43,412 nt of DNA from an uncultured Trueperaceae bacterium (lineage in GTDB: Bacteria; Deinococcota; Deinococci; Deinococcales; Trueperaceae). Positions within the stretch are counted from its first letter, which is position 1, and each line of letters starts with the position of its first letter. The position numbers and the translations under genes are program-made. A model generated the notes under the pieces. That model did no database searches. It saw nothing but the letters and a program-made list of their open reading frames with translations, and had not been told where the DNA came from. The DNA is taken from positions 1-43,412 of the forward strand of contig CAWFFU010000002.1 in NCBI GenBank assembly GCA_963815215.1. Direction: 5' to 3'. Of the stretch, positions 18,863 through 29,073 are shown piece after piece.

Positions 18863-20365
18863 CTACGCGTCCTCCTCGATCACCAGGCGATCGTACGCGT
18901 CACGCCACGGCCGGGCGCGTTCGAACGCGGCGCTGGCGGCGAGCACGCGGGCGTCCTCGAAGCGGCGGCCGATCAGCTGCAGGCCCACGGGCAGGCCGTC
19001 GGACGTGAACCCGGCGGGGATCGACGCCGCCGGGTGGCCGGTGAAGTTGATGGGGTAGGTGAGGCACCAGCCGATGAAGGGATCGACGGCCTGCCCCTCG
19101 ACCTCCGACGGACCGCGCGTGGTGCCGTCGCCGGCGTTGTCGATGCCGGCCACCGAGAGGGTGGGGGTCACCACCAGATCGAAGCGGTCGAAGACGTCCT
19201 GGAGGCGGTCGAAGACCTCGGTCCGGAGCACGTCGTCGAGCCGGTAGTCGACCGCCATTTGCTCGCGCCCGAGCTCCAGCTTGTGGCGGTAGTCGGGGTC
19301 GAGCTGGTCGGCGAGCTCGCCCAGCAGGTCGATGCCGGCCCGCGCCATGGACACCGCGGACTCGACCGCCCGCACCGCGCTGGTGCGCGTCCACATGTCG
19401 GCCAGCTCCTGGTGGGGGCGGGTCCAGGCGAGGTCGATGCGCTCGACGTGCATACCGAGCTCCTCCAGCGCGCTTAGCGCGCGCTCGACCGCGTCGCGCA
19501 CCTGCGGCTCGACCGGGAAGCCCCCGAAGTCGGGGCTGTAGGCGACCCGCAACCCCGCCACCGGCGCGCGCGTGGCAGCGACCAGGTCGTCGCCCAGCTC
19601 CGGCAGGCACAACGGGTCGCGGGGATCGGGACCGACCATCGCCTGCAGCATGAGCGCGGCGTCCTCCACCGTGCGGGTCAGCGGGCCGCTGTGGGCGTAA
19701 GGGGTGTGCAGCAAGAAGGCGTCCGGGCGGGCCGCCACCGGCACCCGGCCGAAGGTCGCTTTGAAGCCGTAGACGCCGCACAGGGCCGCCGGGATGCGGA
19801 TGGAGCCGCCGCCGTCGGAGCCCTCGCCCAGCGGCGCCAGCCCGGCGGCCACCGCGGCGGCGCTGCCGCCCGAGGAGCCCCCCGCGTTCTTGCCGGGCGC
19901 GAACGGGGTGCTGGTCGGTCCGAACAGCCGGTTGTCGGTGGTCCCCTTGTAGCCGAACTCGGGGGTGTTGGTCTTGCCGATGGCGATGGCCCCGGCCGCC
20001 TCCAGCCGCGCCACCGGCGTGGAGGTCTGGCTCGCGACGTGATCCCGGAAGGGGAGCGAGCCGTAGGTGGTGCGCACCCCGGCCTTGGTCTCGAACAGGT
20101 CCTTGAGGGCGAAGGGCACGCCGTGGAGCGGGCCCAGCGGCCCGCCGGCCATGACCGCGCGCTCGGCCTCGCGTGCGGCGTCCAGCGCCGCCTCGGCGAG
20201 GACGGTGACGAACGCGTTGAGCGCGCCGTTGTGGCGGTCGATGCGGTGCAGGTGCGCCTGAACGACCTCGACGGGCGAGATCCGGCGGGTGCGGATGAGG
20301 CGCGCCAGCTCGCTGGCGGAGAGGGTGACGGGCGATCGTTCCAAGGGTGGGTCTCCTGGGTTCAC
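18863..20365 (-). CDS. Amidase-signature family amidase
   Basis: GPLHGVPFALKD, GKTNTPEFG, GGSSGGSAAAV, GSDGGGSIRIPA. Confidence 0.94.
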   Translation of the reverse strand: MNPGDPPLERSPVTLSASELARLIRTRRISPVEVVQAHLHRIDRHNGALNAFVTVLAEAALDAAREAERAVMAGGPLGPLHGVPFALKDLFETKAGVRTTYGSLPFRDHVASQTSTPVARLEAAGAIAIGKTNTPEFGYKGTTDNRLFGPTSTPFAPGKNAGGSSGGSAAAVAAGLAPLGEGSDGGGSIRIPAALCGVYGFKATFGRVPVAARPDAFLLHTPYAHSGPLTRTVEDAALMLQAMVGPDPRDPLCLPELGDDLVAATRAPVAGLRVAYSPDFGGFPVEPQVRDAVERALSALEELGMHVERIDLAWTRPHQELADMWTRTSAVRAVESAVSMARAGIDLLGELADQLDPDYRHKLELGREQMAVDYRLDDVLRTEVFDRLQDVFDRFDLVVTPTLSVAGIDNAGDGTTRGPSEVEGQAVDPFIGWCLTYPINFTGHPAASIPAGFTSDGLPVGLQLIGRRFEDARVLAASAAFERARPWRDAYDRLVIEEDA

Positions 20366-20415
20366 ACCCGCGGCTGCGGGGCGGTCCGGACCGGCCGGCG
20401 GCCCGGCAGGCGCGG

Positions 20416-20466
20416 TGCCGGTGGGGTGGATGCCGGTGGGGTGGATGCCGGTGGGGTGGGTGCCGG
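20416..20466. repeat. 15-nt tandem repeat x3.4, intergenic
   Basis: TGCCGGTGGGGTGG(A/G) at 20416, 20431, 20446 plus a partial copy at 20461. Confidence 0.9.
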
Positions 20467-20486
20467 CGGCATCCGATGCGGTGAGA

Positions 20487-21232
<746 letters not shown>

Positions 21233-21236
<4 letters not shown>

Positions 21237-21997
21237 GGGCTCCCCTCATCATCGACCGACGCGAGCCGCGTCAGCCGCCGGCCGCGCCGACGATGGATGG
21301 GATCGGCGACGCGCTCGAAATAGACGAACAGGAAACTGGCAACCATCGACAGCACAAGATAGATGACCGCTGCGGCGGCCCACATCATCGCCGGCTGGTA
21401 GTTGTAGGCGATGCCCCGTTCGGTCGCGAGGGTGAGCTCCACCACGCTGATGGTCGAGGCCAGCGAGGAGTCCTTGAGCAGCGCCAGGGCGTAGTTGCCG
21501 AACGGCGGGATCATGATGCGCACGGCCGGCGGGATGACCACGAAGCGCATGATGTCGTTGCTGCCCAGCCCCAGGCTGGCGGCGGCCTCGACCTGCCCCT
21601 TGTGGATCGACTCGATGCCCGCGCGGATGACCTCCGCCAGATAGGCGCCGTACCCGAGCGAGAGCGCGGTCACGGCGGCGGCGAAGGGGCTGAGGTGGGG
21701 AGGGAGCATGACGCTCCCTCCACTCAGCGGTCCGAAGACGAACCTGTTCAACCAGGTGAAGATCTGCGGCGTCGCGAAGTAGGCGAAGAAGATCTGCACC
21801 AACGCCGGCGTGCCGCGGAAGAGCTCGATGTAGAACCTCGCCAGGCCCCGCACGACCACGACACGGGAGCGCCGCATCAACGCCGCGATCAGGCCGAACA
21901 GCAGCGCCAGGACGTAGGTGAGGACCGACAGCTCCACGCTGAGCACGGCGCCGCGCAGCAGCGCGTGGACGATGGCGGGGGTGAGGATCTGGCTCAT
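21233..21997 (-). CDS. Polar amino-acid ABC transporter permease
   Basis: [42 protein letters not shown]. Confidence 0.95.
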
Positions 21998-22021
21998 GTC
22001 ACCGGTCGAACGACGTCATGG

Positions 22022-22822
22022 CTACTTGGTGGTGATCGGCATGTTGAAGCAGCGGGACACGATGTCCTGGTTGAACCACTTCATGCTGATCTGCTTGAGC
22101 GTGCCGTCGTTGTAGAGCGCCACGAGCGCCTTGTTGAGCGCCGCCTTGAGCTCGGGGTTGTCCTTGGAGACGGTGACGTTGGCCAGGTCGACGTAGAGCA
22201 GGTCGCCGACCGGCTTCAGCGGGGCGCCCTGGCTGATGGCGTACGAGCCCACCGCGAGGTCGGTCACGAGGCCGCCGACGATGCCCGACTGCACGGCCTG
22301 GATGCCGGTGGGGTCGTCCTTGTAGGTCTTGAAGGCGATGCCCTGCTTGGTGAGGTACTGCTCGTAGGTGGTGCCGAGCGCCACGGCCACCGGCTGCTTG
22401 AGCTGGGTGATGTCGGTGACGGTGGAGTCCTTGGGCACGAAGAGCTGGGCCCCGCCGCAGTGGTAGGGGTGGTCGAGATAGTCGACGGCGGCGGCGCGCT
22501 GCGGCGTGTACGCCTGGCTGGCCACGGCGACGTCGAAGATGCCGGACTGGACGCCCTGCACGATGGTGGCGAACTCGGCGGCGTCGACGCGGGCGGCGAC
22601 CCCGAGCTGCTTGGCCAGCGCCTTGGCGACGTCGGCGTCGTAGCCGACGAGCTGCTGGTCGGCGTTGAAGAGGCTGAACGGCGGGTAGCCGCCGGACATG
22701 ACCTCGATCATGTAGCCGCGCTTCTGGATCGTGGCCAGGTCCGCCGCACTGGCGATGCCACCTACCAGGAGCACCGCCGCCAGCACGGCTCCGATGACGA
22801 ATTTCAAGCGTGCACGTGTCAT
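22022..22822 (-). CDS. Polar amino-acid ABC substrate-binding protein (family 3)
   Basis: Signal peptide, YPPFS..N...LVGYDADVAKALA, GTTYE, GTLKQISMKWF. GGAGGT RBS before ATG22822. Confidence 0.92.
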   Translation of the reverse strand: MTRARLKFVIGAVLAAVLLVGGIASAADLATIQKRGYMIEVMSGGYPPFSLFNADQQLVGYDADVAKALAKQLGVAARVDAAEFATIVQGVQSGIFDVAVASQAYTPQRAAAVDYLDHPYHCGGAQLFVPKDSTVTDITQLKQPVAVALGTTYEQYLTKQGIAFKTYKDDPTGIQAVQSGIVGGLVTDLAVGSYAISQGAPLKPVGDLLYVDLANVTVSKDNPELKAALNKALVALYNDGTLKQISMKWFNQDIVSRCFNMPITTK

Positions 22823-22880
22823 TCCTACCTCCATACCGGAGCCTTGCTCTCCAGCATTGCTCCCACGAACGGGTGGCCGG

Positions 22881-24248
22881 TCAGGCGGGTTCCGGCGCGG
22901 GCATGCCGAGCTCGCGCTCGAGCGCGCTCACAGCGCCGTCCACCATGCCGACCAGGGCGTCGACCTCCGCCGCACCGATGGTGAGGGGAGGAGCGATCAT
23001 CACGGCGTCGCCGGCGCCCTCCAGGGCGCCGGAGGCCGGGTAGATGAGGAGCCCCCGCTCGAACGCCTGGCGCACCAGGCGCCCGGTGACGTTCGTCTCG
23101 GGGGCGAAGGAAGCGAGCGACCCGTCGGTCACGAGCTCGAGCCCGACCAGCAGGCCGAGGCCGCGCACGTCGCCGAGGACGGGGTGGCGCGCCGCGAGGG
23201 TCTTCAGGGCGTTCATGAGCTGAGCGCCGCGCTCGCGCGCATTCCTGACCAGGTCGTGCTTCTCGACGTAGTCGAGGACGGCCAGCGCGGTGGCGGCGGA
23301 CAGCGGGTTGAAGCTCAGGGTATGGCCGTAGAGGACGGCGCCGGAGCCCTGCCGGATCGGCTCCATCAGCGCGTCGCTGGCCAGCACCGCGGCGATCGGG
23401 GTATAGCCGGCGCCGAGACCCTTGCCGAGCACCAGCAGGTCCGGCACGACACCGTAGTGCTCGACGGCGAACATGGCGCCGGTGCGGCCCACGCCCGTCA
23501 TCACCTCGTCGGCGATGAACAGCACGTCGTTGGCGTCGCAGATGGCGCGGATGCGTGCGTAGTACTCGTGCGGCGGCGTGATGGCGGCGCCGCTGGCGCC
23601 CACCACCGGCTCTGCGATGAAGGCGGCGACGTTGTCCGCGCCCAGCGCGTCGATGTGCGTCTGCAGGTCGTCGGCGCAGGCGAGCTCGCACGACGGGTAG
23701 GCGAGCGACAGCGGGCAGCGCAGGCAGTACGGGGTGGCGACACCGGCGTCCTTGGCCAGCAGCGCCTCGAAGCGCGAGCGCCGGAGGACGTGGCCCGACA
23801 TCGACAGCGCGCCCAGGGTGATGCCGTGGTAGCTGATGCGCCGCGACAGCACGTGGGTCTTCTCGGGCCGGCCGCGCTCCTGCCAGTGCTGCAGGGCCAT
23901 CTTCGCGGCCAGCTCGGTAGCCTCGCTGCCGCTGTTGACCAGGAACAACCAGCGCAGGTCGCCCGGCGCCAGAGCGCCGAGGCGCTCGGCCAGCGCATCC
24001 GCCGGCCGGTTGCCGAACTGCGAGCGGAACGCGAAGGTGAGCCTCTGGGCCTGCGCGTGCATGGCCTCGAGCACCTCCGGCACGCCGTGCCCGATGTTGG
24101 AGCAGACGGCGCCGGAGCAGCCGTCGAGGTAGCGCCGTCCCTCCTCGTCGTAGAGGTAGAGCCCCTCGCCCCGCACCGCGGTGGGCGGGACGTGGTCGAG
24201 CCACGGGTGGATGACGTGACCGGTGCGACCCGGAGCGTCGTCGCTCAC
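22881..24248 (-). CDS. Class III PLP aminotransferase (YodT-like)
   Basis: YLDGCSGAVCSNIGHG, NSGSEATE, SYHG.T, FIAEPVVG, ADEVMTG.GRTG, PLP lysine in LGKGLGAGY. Confidence 0.9.
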   Translation of the reverse strand: MSDDAPGRTGHVIHPWLDHVPPTAVRGEGLYLYDEEGRRYLDGCSGAVCSNIGHGVPEVLEAMHAQAQRLTFAFRSQFGNRPADALAERLGALAPGDLRWLFLVNSGSEATELAAKMALQHWQERGRPEKTHVLSRRISYHGITLGALSMSGHVLRRSRFEALLAKDAGVATPYCLRCPLSLAYPSCELACADDLQTHIDALGADNVAAFIAEPVVGASGAAITPPHEYYARIRAICDANDVLFIADEVMTGVGRTGAMFAVEHYGVVPDLLVLGKGLGAGYTPIAAVLASDALMEPIRQGSGAVLYGHTLSFNPLSAATALAVLDYVEKHDLVRNARERGAQLMNALKTLAARHPVLGDVRGLGLLVGLELVTDGSLASFAPETNVTGRLVRQAFERGLLIYPASGALEGAGDAVMIAPPLTIGAAEVDALVGMVDGAVSALERELGMPAPEPA

Positions 24249-24252
24249 GCCC

Positions 24253-25563
24253 TCACCCCCCGATCCCTTCGGCCCGTACCGCGGCGAACGCCTCGCCCAG
24301 GATGGCGAAGGCGCGCGCCAGCTCGTCGTCCTCGACCGTGAGCGGCACCAGCACGCGCACCACGTTGCCGTCCCGGCCCGCCTTGAGCAGCAGCAGGCCG
24401 CGCCGGCGCGCCTCGGCGATGATGCGCTCGACCTGCCGTGCGCCGCGGCGCACGCCGTCCTCGCCGGGTTCGATCAGCTCCGCGGCCACCATGGCGCCGA
24501 GGCCGCGCACCTCCGCGATGACGTCGTGTTCGGACTGCAGCGCCTCGAAGCGCTCGAACAGCGCGGCGCCGACGGCGCCGGCGCGCTCCAGCAGTCCGGT
24601 CTCCTCGAACACGTCGAGCACCGCCAGCGCCGCGGCGCACGCCAGCGGGTTGCCGCCGTAGGTGCCGCCGAGACCGCCCGGATCGGGGGCGTCCATGACG
24701 TCGGCGCGCCCGATCACTCCCGACAGCGGCAACCCGCCGGCGAGGCTCTTGGCCACCGTGATGAGGTCGGGCACGACGCCGCTGTGTTCGATCGCGAAGA
24801 GGCTGCCGGTGCGCCCGAAGCCGCTCTGGATCTCGTCGACGATCAACAGCATGCCGTGGCGCTCGGTGAGCTCCCGCAGGGCGCGCAGGAACGCGAACGG
24901 GGCGGGCACGAAGCCGCCCTCGCCGAGCACCGGCTCGATGAGCACCGCGGCCACCCGCTCGGGCGCCACCTGGCTGGCGAAGACGTCGTCCAGCGCGCGC
25001 AGCACGTCGTCGACGCTCCAACCCCGCAGGGGGTAGGGGAAGGGCGCGTGGTACACGTCCGGCGCGAACGGCCCGAACGTCTGCTGATAGGGGTCCGTCT
25101 TCCCGGTCAGGGTCATGCCGAGCAGGGTGCGCCCGTGGAAGCTGCCGCTGAAGGCGACGATGCCGGGCCGGCCGGTGGCGGCCCGGGCGATCTTGACGGC
25201 GTTCTCGACGGCTTCGACGCCGGTGGTGAGCAGCAGCGTCTTCTTGGGCGCCTCGCCCGGCGCCAGCGCGTTGAGGCGCTCGGCCAGCCTCACGTAGGGC
25301 TCGTACATGGCGACCTGCGCCGAGGTGTGGCTGAAGCGCTCGAGCTGCGCCTGTACGGCGTTGGTCACGCGCTCGTTGGCGTGCCCGATGTTCATGACGC
25401 CGATACCGCCGGTGAAGTCGATGTACTCGGCGCCGTCGACGTCCCACAAGCGCGCGCCCTTGGCGCGCGCCGGGAAGATGGGATGGGCCGTCGCCAGCCC
25501 CCGCGGGACGTTGGCGTCCCGGACCCGGCCCAGCAGTACGTTTCGGGCTTCTGTCGACTCCAC
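24253..25563 (-). CDS. gabT: 4-aminobutyrate/5-aminovalerate aminotransferase
   Basis: YIDFTGGIGVMNIGH, TTGVEAVENAVK, EPVLGEGGF, DEIQSGFGRTG, AKSLAGG, GGLGGTYGGNP. Confidence 0.85.
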   Translation of the reverse strand: MESTEARNVLLGRVRDANVPRGLATAHPIFPARAKGARLWDVDGAEYIDFTGGIGVMNIGHANERVTNAVQAQLERFSHTSAQVAMYEPYVRLAERLNALAPGEAPKKTLLLTTGVEAVENAVKIARAATGRPGIVAFSGSFHGRTLLGMTLTGKTDPYQQTFGPFAPDVYHAPFPYPLRGWSVDDVLRALDDVFASQVAPERVAAVLIEPVLGEGGFVPAPFAFLRALRELTERHGMLLIVDEIQSGFGRTGSLFAIEHSGVVPDLITVAKSLAGGLPLSGVIGRADVMDAPDPGGLGGTYGGNPLACAAALAVLDVFEETGLLERAGAVGAALFERFEALQSEHDVIAEVRGLGAMVAAELIEPGEDGVRRGARQVERIIAEARRRGLLLLKAGRDGNVVRVLVPLTVEDDELARAFAILGEAFAAVRAEGIGG

Positions 25564-25648
25564 CTCAGCCCAGCGCTCCCTTCGTTGTTGAACGGGCCAC
25601 CCTACCCCACGATGCGGCGACGCGCTACGGCTGCGGAGTACAAATGCG

Positions 25649-27283
25649 CTATGCGGTTTTGTCGTTCAACGACAACAGCTCGCCGGCGAGCTGCAGTTTG
25701 AAGCGCACGCCGGGGTCGGCCAGGTCGGCGTGAAGCGCCTGCGACACGCGCTCCAAACGGTAGCGCACGGTATTGACGTGTACGCCCATGCTCTGTGCCG
25801 TGCGCTTCGCCTCGAAACCGGCCCGCGCCCAGGCGACGACGGTGGCGACCAGCCGCTCGCCGCCACGGAGCGCGCGTACGGGCCCGAAGGCCTCGTCCAG
25901 CAGGGCGGCGCGCGCATCGGTGTCACCCAGCAGCACGCGCGGCACCAGCCAGGCGTCGTAGACGAGCACGCGCCGTGGAGCCAGCTGCGGCAGCAGCGAG
26001 CGCGCCTCGCGGAAGCTGAGCTCGATGCCCTCCACGCCGCTGCGGGCCCGGCCCCACACCATCCCCACCGCCTCGTCGACGCGCCCGACCTCCAGGGCAC
26101 GCGGATCGATGCCGTCCTCGAGCAGGACGCTCACCTCGTTGAGCGACACCGACAGGAAGGGCGTGCCCCCCAGATCGGCGATGCGCCGCCCCAGGCGGTC
26201 GGCCAGCCGCTCGCGGCGCAGGAACCCCTCGCGCGAGAGCGGCAGCGGCACGTCGTGCAGCACCGCGATCCCGACGCGATAGCCGCGCCCCCACTCGAAG
26301 CCGAGCAGGCGGGCGCGCTCCAGGTTCTGGGGGGTGGGCTCGAGCCGGCCCTCCAACAGCGAGTCGAGGAAGGCGTAGCCCAGCCGCGACTCGAGCTGCG
26401 CCAGCGTCTGCTGGTGGGTGATGTGCAGCGCCACCACGGTGGCGGCGTGCTCGGCGGCGCGCAGGTCCAACTCCCCGACCGGACTGTCGCCCTCGAGGAC
26501 CCACACCAGCCCCACCAGCTCGCCGCTCACCCGGATGGGGCAGGCGACGCGCGCCGACAGCTCGAGCTCGGGCAGCGCCGGCACACGCACCGGATCCTTC
26601 TGGCTGCGCAACCGCTGGAGGTAGCCCAGCCGCTCCAGCTCGGCCATCACGTCGGGGGGCGTGACCCCGTCGTGGAGGGTGGTGGTCCGCACCCGGTCAC
26701 GCTCGAGCCCCGGCCCCGTCGCGTCGGCGTCGGCCGGCAGATAGGAGGCGGCGAAGAGCTGCCCGGTCGGGCTCTCGAAGGTCACGTCGCGGCGGATGAG
26801 CTCACTGAGCACGTTGGCGATCTGCTGCAGGCTGGAGGCCTGCACCGCGGCCTGCGTCAGCGCCCGGTGGATGGCCTCGGAGCGCTCGATCACGCGGTGC
26901 TGTTCGGTCAGCAGCGCACGCTGCGCCTCCTCGGTGATGCGCGCGAAGGGGATCTCCCAGGGCACCTCCAGCACCGGCAGCCCCACCGCATCGGCCTCCT
27001 CCACCACCGCCGGCGGAACCTCGCTGAAGAACTGCGGCACCGCCAGCGCCAGCGCCGCCAGCCCGCGCTCCTCCAACGAGCGCACGAACCGGCGCTGCCC
27101 CGCCTCGTCGCGCGGCCAGGCGTAGCCGGTACTCAGCAGGAGCTGCCCCGGCTGCAGCCACTGGTGCGGGTCGGGGATGTCGACCACGCCGCTCCAGGAC
27201 ACCTCACGGCCGATCCCGGCGCGCCCGGCCACGAGCCGGGCACGGCCCAGCAGCGGCAGCGTCAGCAGCTCGGACACGCGCAC
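25649..27283 (-). CDS. PucR-family transcriptional regulator (PucR-N, GAF-like, degenerate GGDEF, HTH)
   Basis: N-terminal LVAG..G..REV......DIPDP..WLQPGQLLLSTG and C-terminal HTH VHVNTVRYRL. Confidence 0.93.
   Translation of the reverse strand: MRVSELLTLPLLGRARLVAGRAGIGREVSWSGVVDIPDPHQWLQPGQLLLSTGYAWPRDEAGQRRFVRSLEERGLAALALAVPQFFSEVPPAVVEEADAVGLPVLEVPWEIPFARITEEAQRALLTEQHRVIERSEAIHRALTQAAVQASSLQQIANVLSELIRRDVTFESPTGQLFAASYLPADADATGPGLERDRVRTTTLHDGVTPPDVMAELERLGYLQRLRSQKDPVRVPALPELELSARVACPIRVSGELVGLVWVLEGDSPVGELDLRAAEHAATVVALHITHQQTLAQLESRLGYAFLDSLLEGRLEPTPQNLERARLLGFEWGRGYRVGIAVLHDVPLPLSREGFLRRERLADRLGRRIADLGGTPFLSVSLNEVSVLLEDGIDPRALEVGRVDEAVGMVWGRARSGVEGIELSFREARSLLPQLAPRRVLVYDAWLVPRVLLGDTDARAALLDEAFGPVRALRGGERLVATVVAWARAGFEAKRTAQSMGVHVNTVRYRLERVSQALHADLADPGVRFKLQLAGELLSLNDKTA
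25659..25675. promoter_or_regulatory. Perfect palindrome, probable PucR-family operator for the gabT operon
   Basis: TTGTCGTT-C-AACGACAA inside the last codons of the regulator gene, ~95 nt upstream of the gabT start. Confidence 0.6.
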
Positions 27284-27418
27284 GATGGCGCCAGCCTACC
27301 CCCGGCGGTCCCCCGAGCGGCCGCTCTGCGCCGGGGGACGTTCTTCCCTTCGGCGCTCCGGGCGTTTACCGTAGCGTCGGAGCCGGAGAACGGCCGGAGA
27401 GGTCGGGTCGGGAGCATC

Positions 27419-28696
27419 ATGCGCATCGTCACCGCAGAACAGGCCGTCGAGGTCGTCCACTCGCGCGACCGCGTGTTCGTCCACAGCGTGGCCGCCGCCC
27501 CGCAGCGCCTGCTCGCGGCGCTCACGGCTCGCTGGCGCGAGTTGCAGGGCGTCGAGATGATCCACCTGCACACCGAGGGACCCGCACCCTACGCCGACGC
27601 GGCGTACGCCAGGAGCTTCCACACCAGCGCGCTGTTCGTCGGACCCAACGTACGAGCGGCGGTCGAGCAGGGACAGGCGGACTACATCCCCATCTTCCTG
27701 AGCGAGGTGCCGGACCTGTTCCGCAGCGGCGCCATGCCGCTCGACGTGGCACTGGTGCAGGTCTCGCCGCCGGACCGTCACGGCTACTGCTCGCTCGGCG
27801 TGTCCGTCGACGCCACCCGAGCCGCCGTGCACGCGGCCCGAACGGTGGTCGCGCAGGTCAACCCGAACATGCCCCGCACGCACGGCGACGGCCTGCTGCA
27901 CGTCTCGAACATCGACCTGGCGGTGGACGTGGACGATCCCATCCCCGAGGTGCCCCCCGCTCCGGCGGGCCCGGAGGCGCGCGCCATCGGCCTCCACTGC
28001 GCCGCCCTGATCGAGGACGGCGCCACCCTGCAGATGGGCATCGGCGCCATCCCCGACGCGGTGCTGGCCTCCCTCGGCGACCACCGCGACCTCGGCATCC
28101 ACACCGAGATGTTCTCCGACGGCGCCATCGACCTGATCGAGAGGGGCATCATCACCGGCGAACGGAAGGTCAGCCACCCCGGCAAGGTGGTCGCGAGCTT
28201 CGTGATGGGCACGCGCCGGCTCTACGACTTCGTCGACGACAACCCGCTGCTGGCGCTGCTCGATGCCGGCTACGTCAACGACACCGCCGTCATCCGGCGC
28301 AACCCGCGGGTGACCGCCATCAACAGCGCCGTCGAGGTCGACCTCACGGGCCAGGTGTGCGCCGACTCCATCGGCACCCGTCAGTACTCCGGCGTCGGCG
28401 GCCAGATGGACTTCATACGCGGCGCCTCGCTCTCCGAGGGCGGCAAGCCGATCATCGCCCTGCCCTCGACCACCCACGACGGGGCGAGCCGGATCGTGCC
28501 GTTCCTGAAGCAGGGGGCGGGCGTGGTCACCACCCGCGCCCACGTCCACTTCGTGGTGACCGAGTACGGCGTGGCCAGCCTCTACGGCAAGGCGCTGCGC
28601 CAACGCGCGCGGGCGCTCATCGGCATCGCCCACCCCGACCATCGCGAGGCGCTGGAACGCGCGGCCTTCGAGCGCTTCCAGCGGATGCCCGCCTGA
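27419..28696 (+). CDS. Acetyl-CoA hydrolase/transferase family (4-hydroxybutyrate CoA-transferase-like)
   Basis: SPPDRHGYCSLG, LQMGIGAIPDAV, GIHTEMFSDG, SGVGGQMDFIRGA, VTEYG, IAHPDHRE. True start is ATG27419. Confidence 0.93.
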   Translation: MRIVTAEQAVEVVHSRDRVFVHSVAAAPQRLLAALTARWRELQGVEMIHLHTEGPAPYADAAYARSFHTSALFVGPNVRAAVEQGQADYIPIFLSEVPDLFRSGAMPLDVALVQVSPPDRHGYCSLGVSVDATRAAVHAARTVVAQVNPNMPRTHGDGLLHVSNIDLAVDVDDPIPEVPPAPAGPEARAIGLHCAALIEDGATLQMGIGAIPDAVLASLGDHRDLGIHTEMFSDGAIDLIERGIITGERKVSHPGKVVASFVMGTRRLYDFVDDNPLLALLDAGYVNDTAVIRRNPRVTAINSAVEVDLTGQVCADSIGTRQYSGVGGQMDFIRGASLSEGGKPIIALPSTTHDGASRIVPFLKQGAGVVTTRAHVHFVVTEYGVASLYGKALRQRARALIGIAHPDHREALERAAFERFQRMPA

Positions 28697-28796
28697 CGCC
28701 GCCGCCGAGACTGCCGCGGCGGCCGCCGCCGAAGCACAAGCGCGCGGCGCCCGCTGCCTGAGGCAGCGGGCGCCGCGATCCAGCCCTGAAGGCGAT

Positions 28797-29006
28797 TCAG
28801 GCGCGTTTACGTGGCTTCGTGCTGGCGCCGAACAGGGTGTACAGCGGGCAGAAGCCCACCGCCCCGGTGAGCAGCAGGATCGCTCCGACGATGGCGAAGA
28901 CAACCATCCATACGCCGGAGAGCCAACCGAACACCCACGCGGAGAGCAGAACGAGCCCGGCGATGACCCGGATGACCCGATCGGTAGTGCTTTCGTTGAT
29001 CGTCAT
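28797..29006 (-). CDS. DUF2892 / YgaP-type small membrane protein
   Basis: 69 aa, NESTTDRVIRVIAG...LLLTGAVGFCPLYTLFG, GAGGAGG RBS. Confidence 0.92.
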   Translation of the reverse strand: MTINESTTDRVIRVIAGLVLLSAWVFGWLSGVWMVVFAIVGAILLLTGAVGFCPLYTLFGASTKPRKRA

Positions 29007-29073
29007 GGCCTTGCCTCCTCGGACTGCAGCATAGCGCACTATTGGCGCCATAGGAATGGTAGAAATAGGAACA

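Noticed and set aside
25730..27418. Apparent 563-aa N-terminal extension of the acetyl-CoA hydrolase ORF
   Set aside because: It is the antisense frame of the PucR gene. Homology begins at MRIVTAEQAV (27419), after a GGAG RBS.
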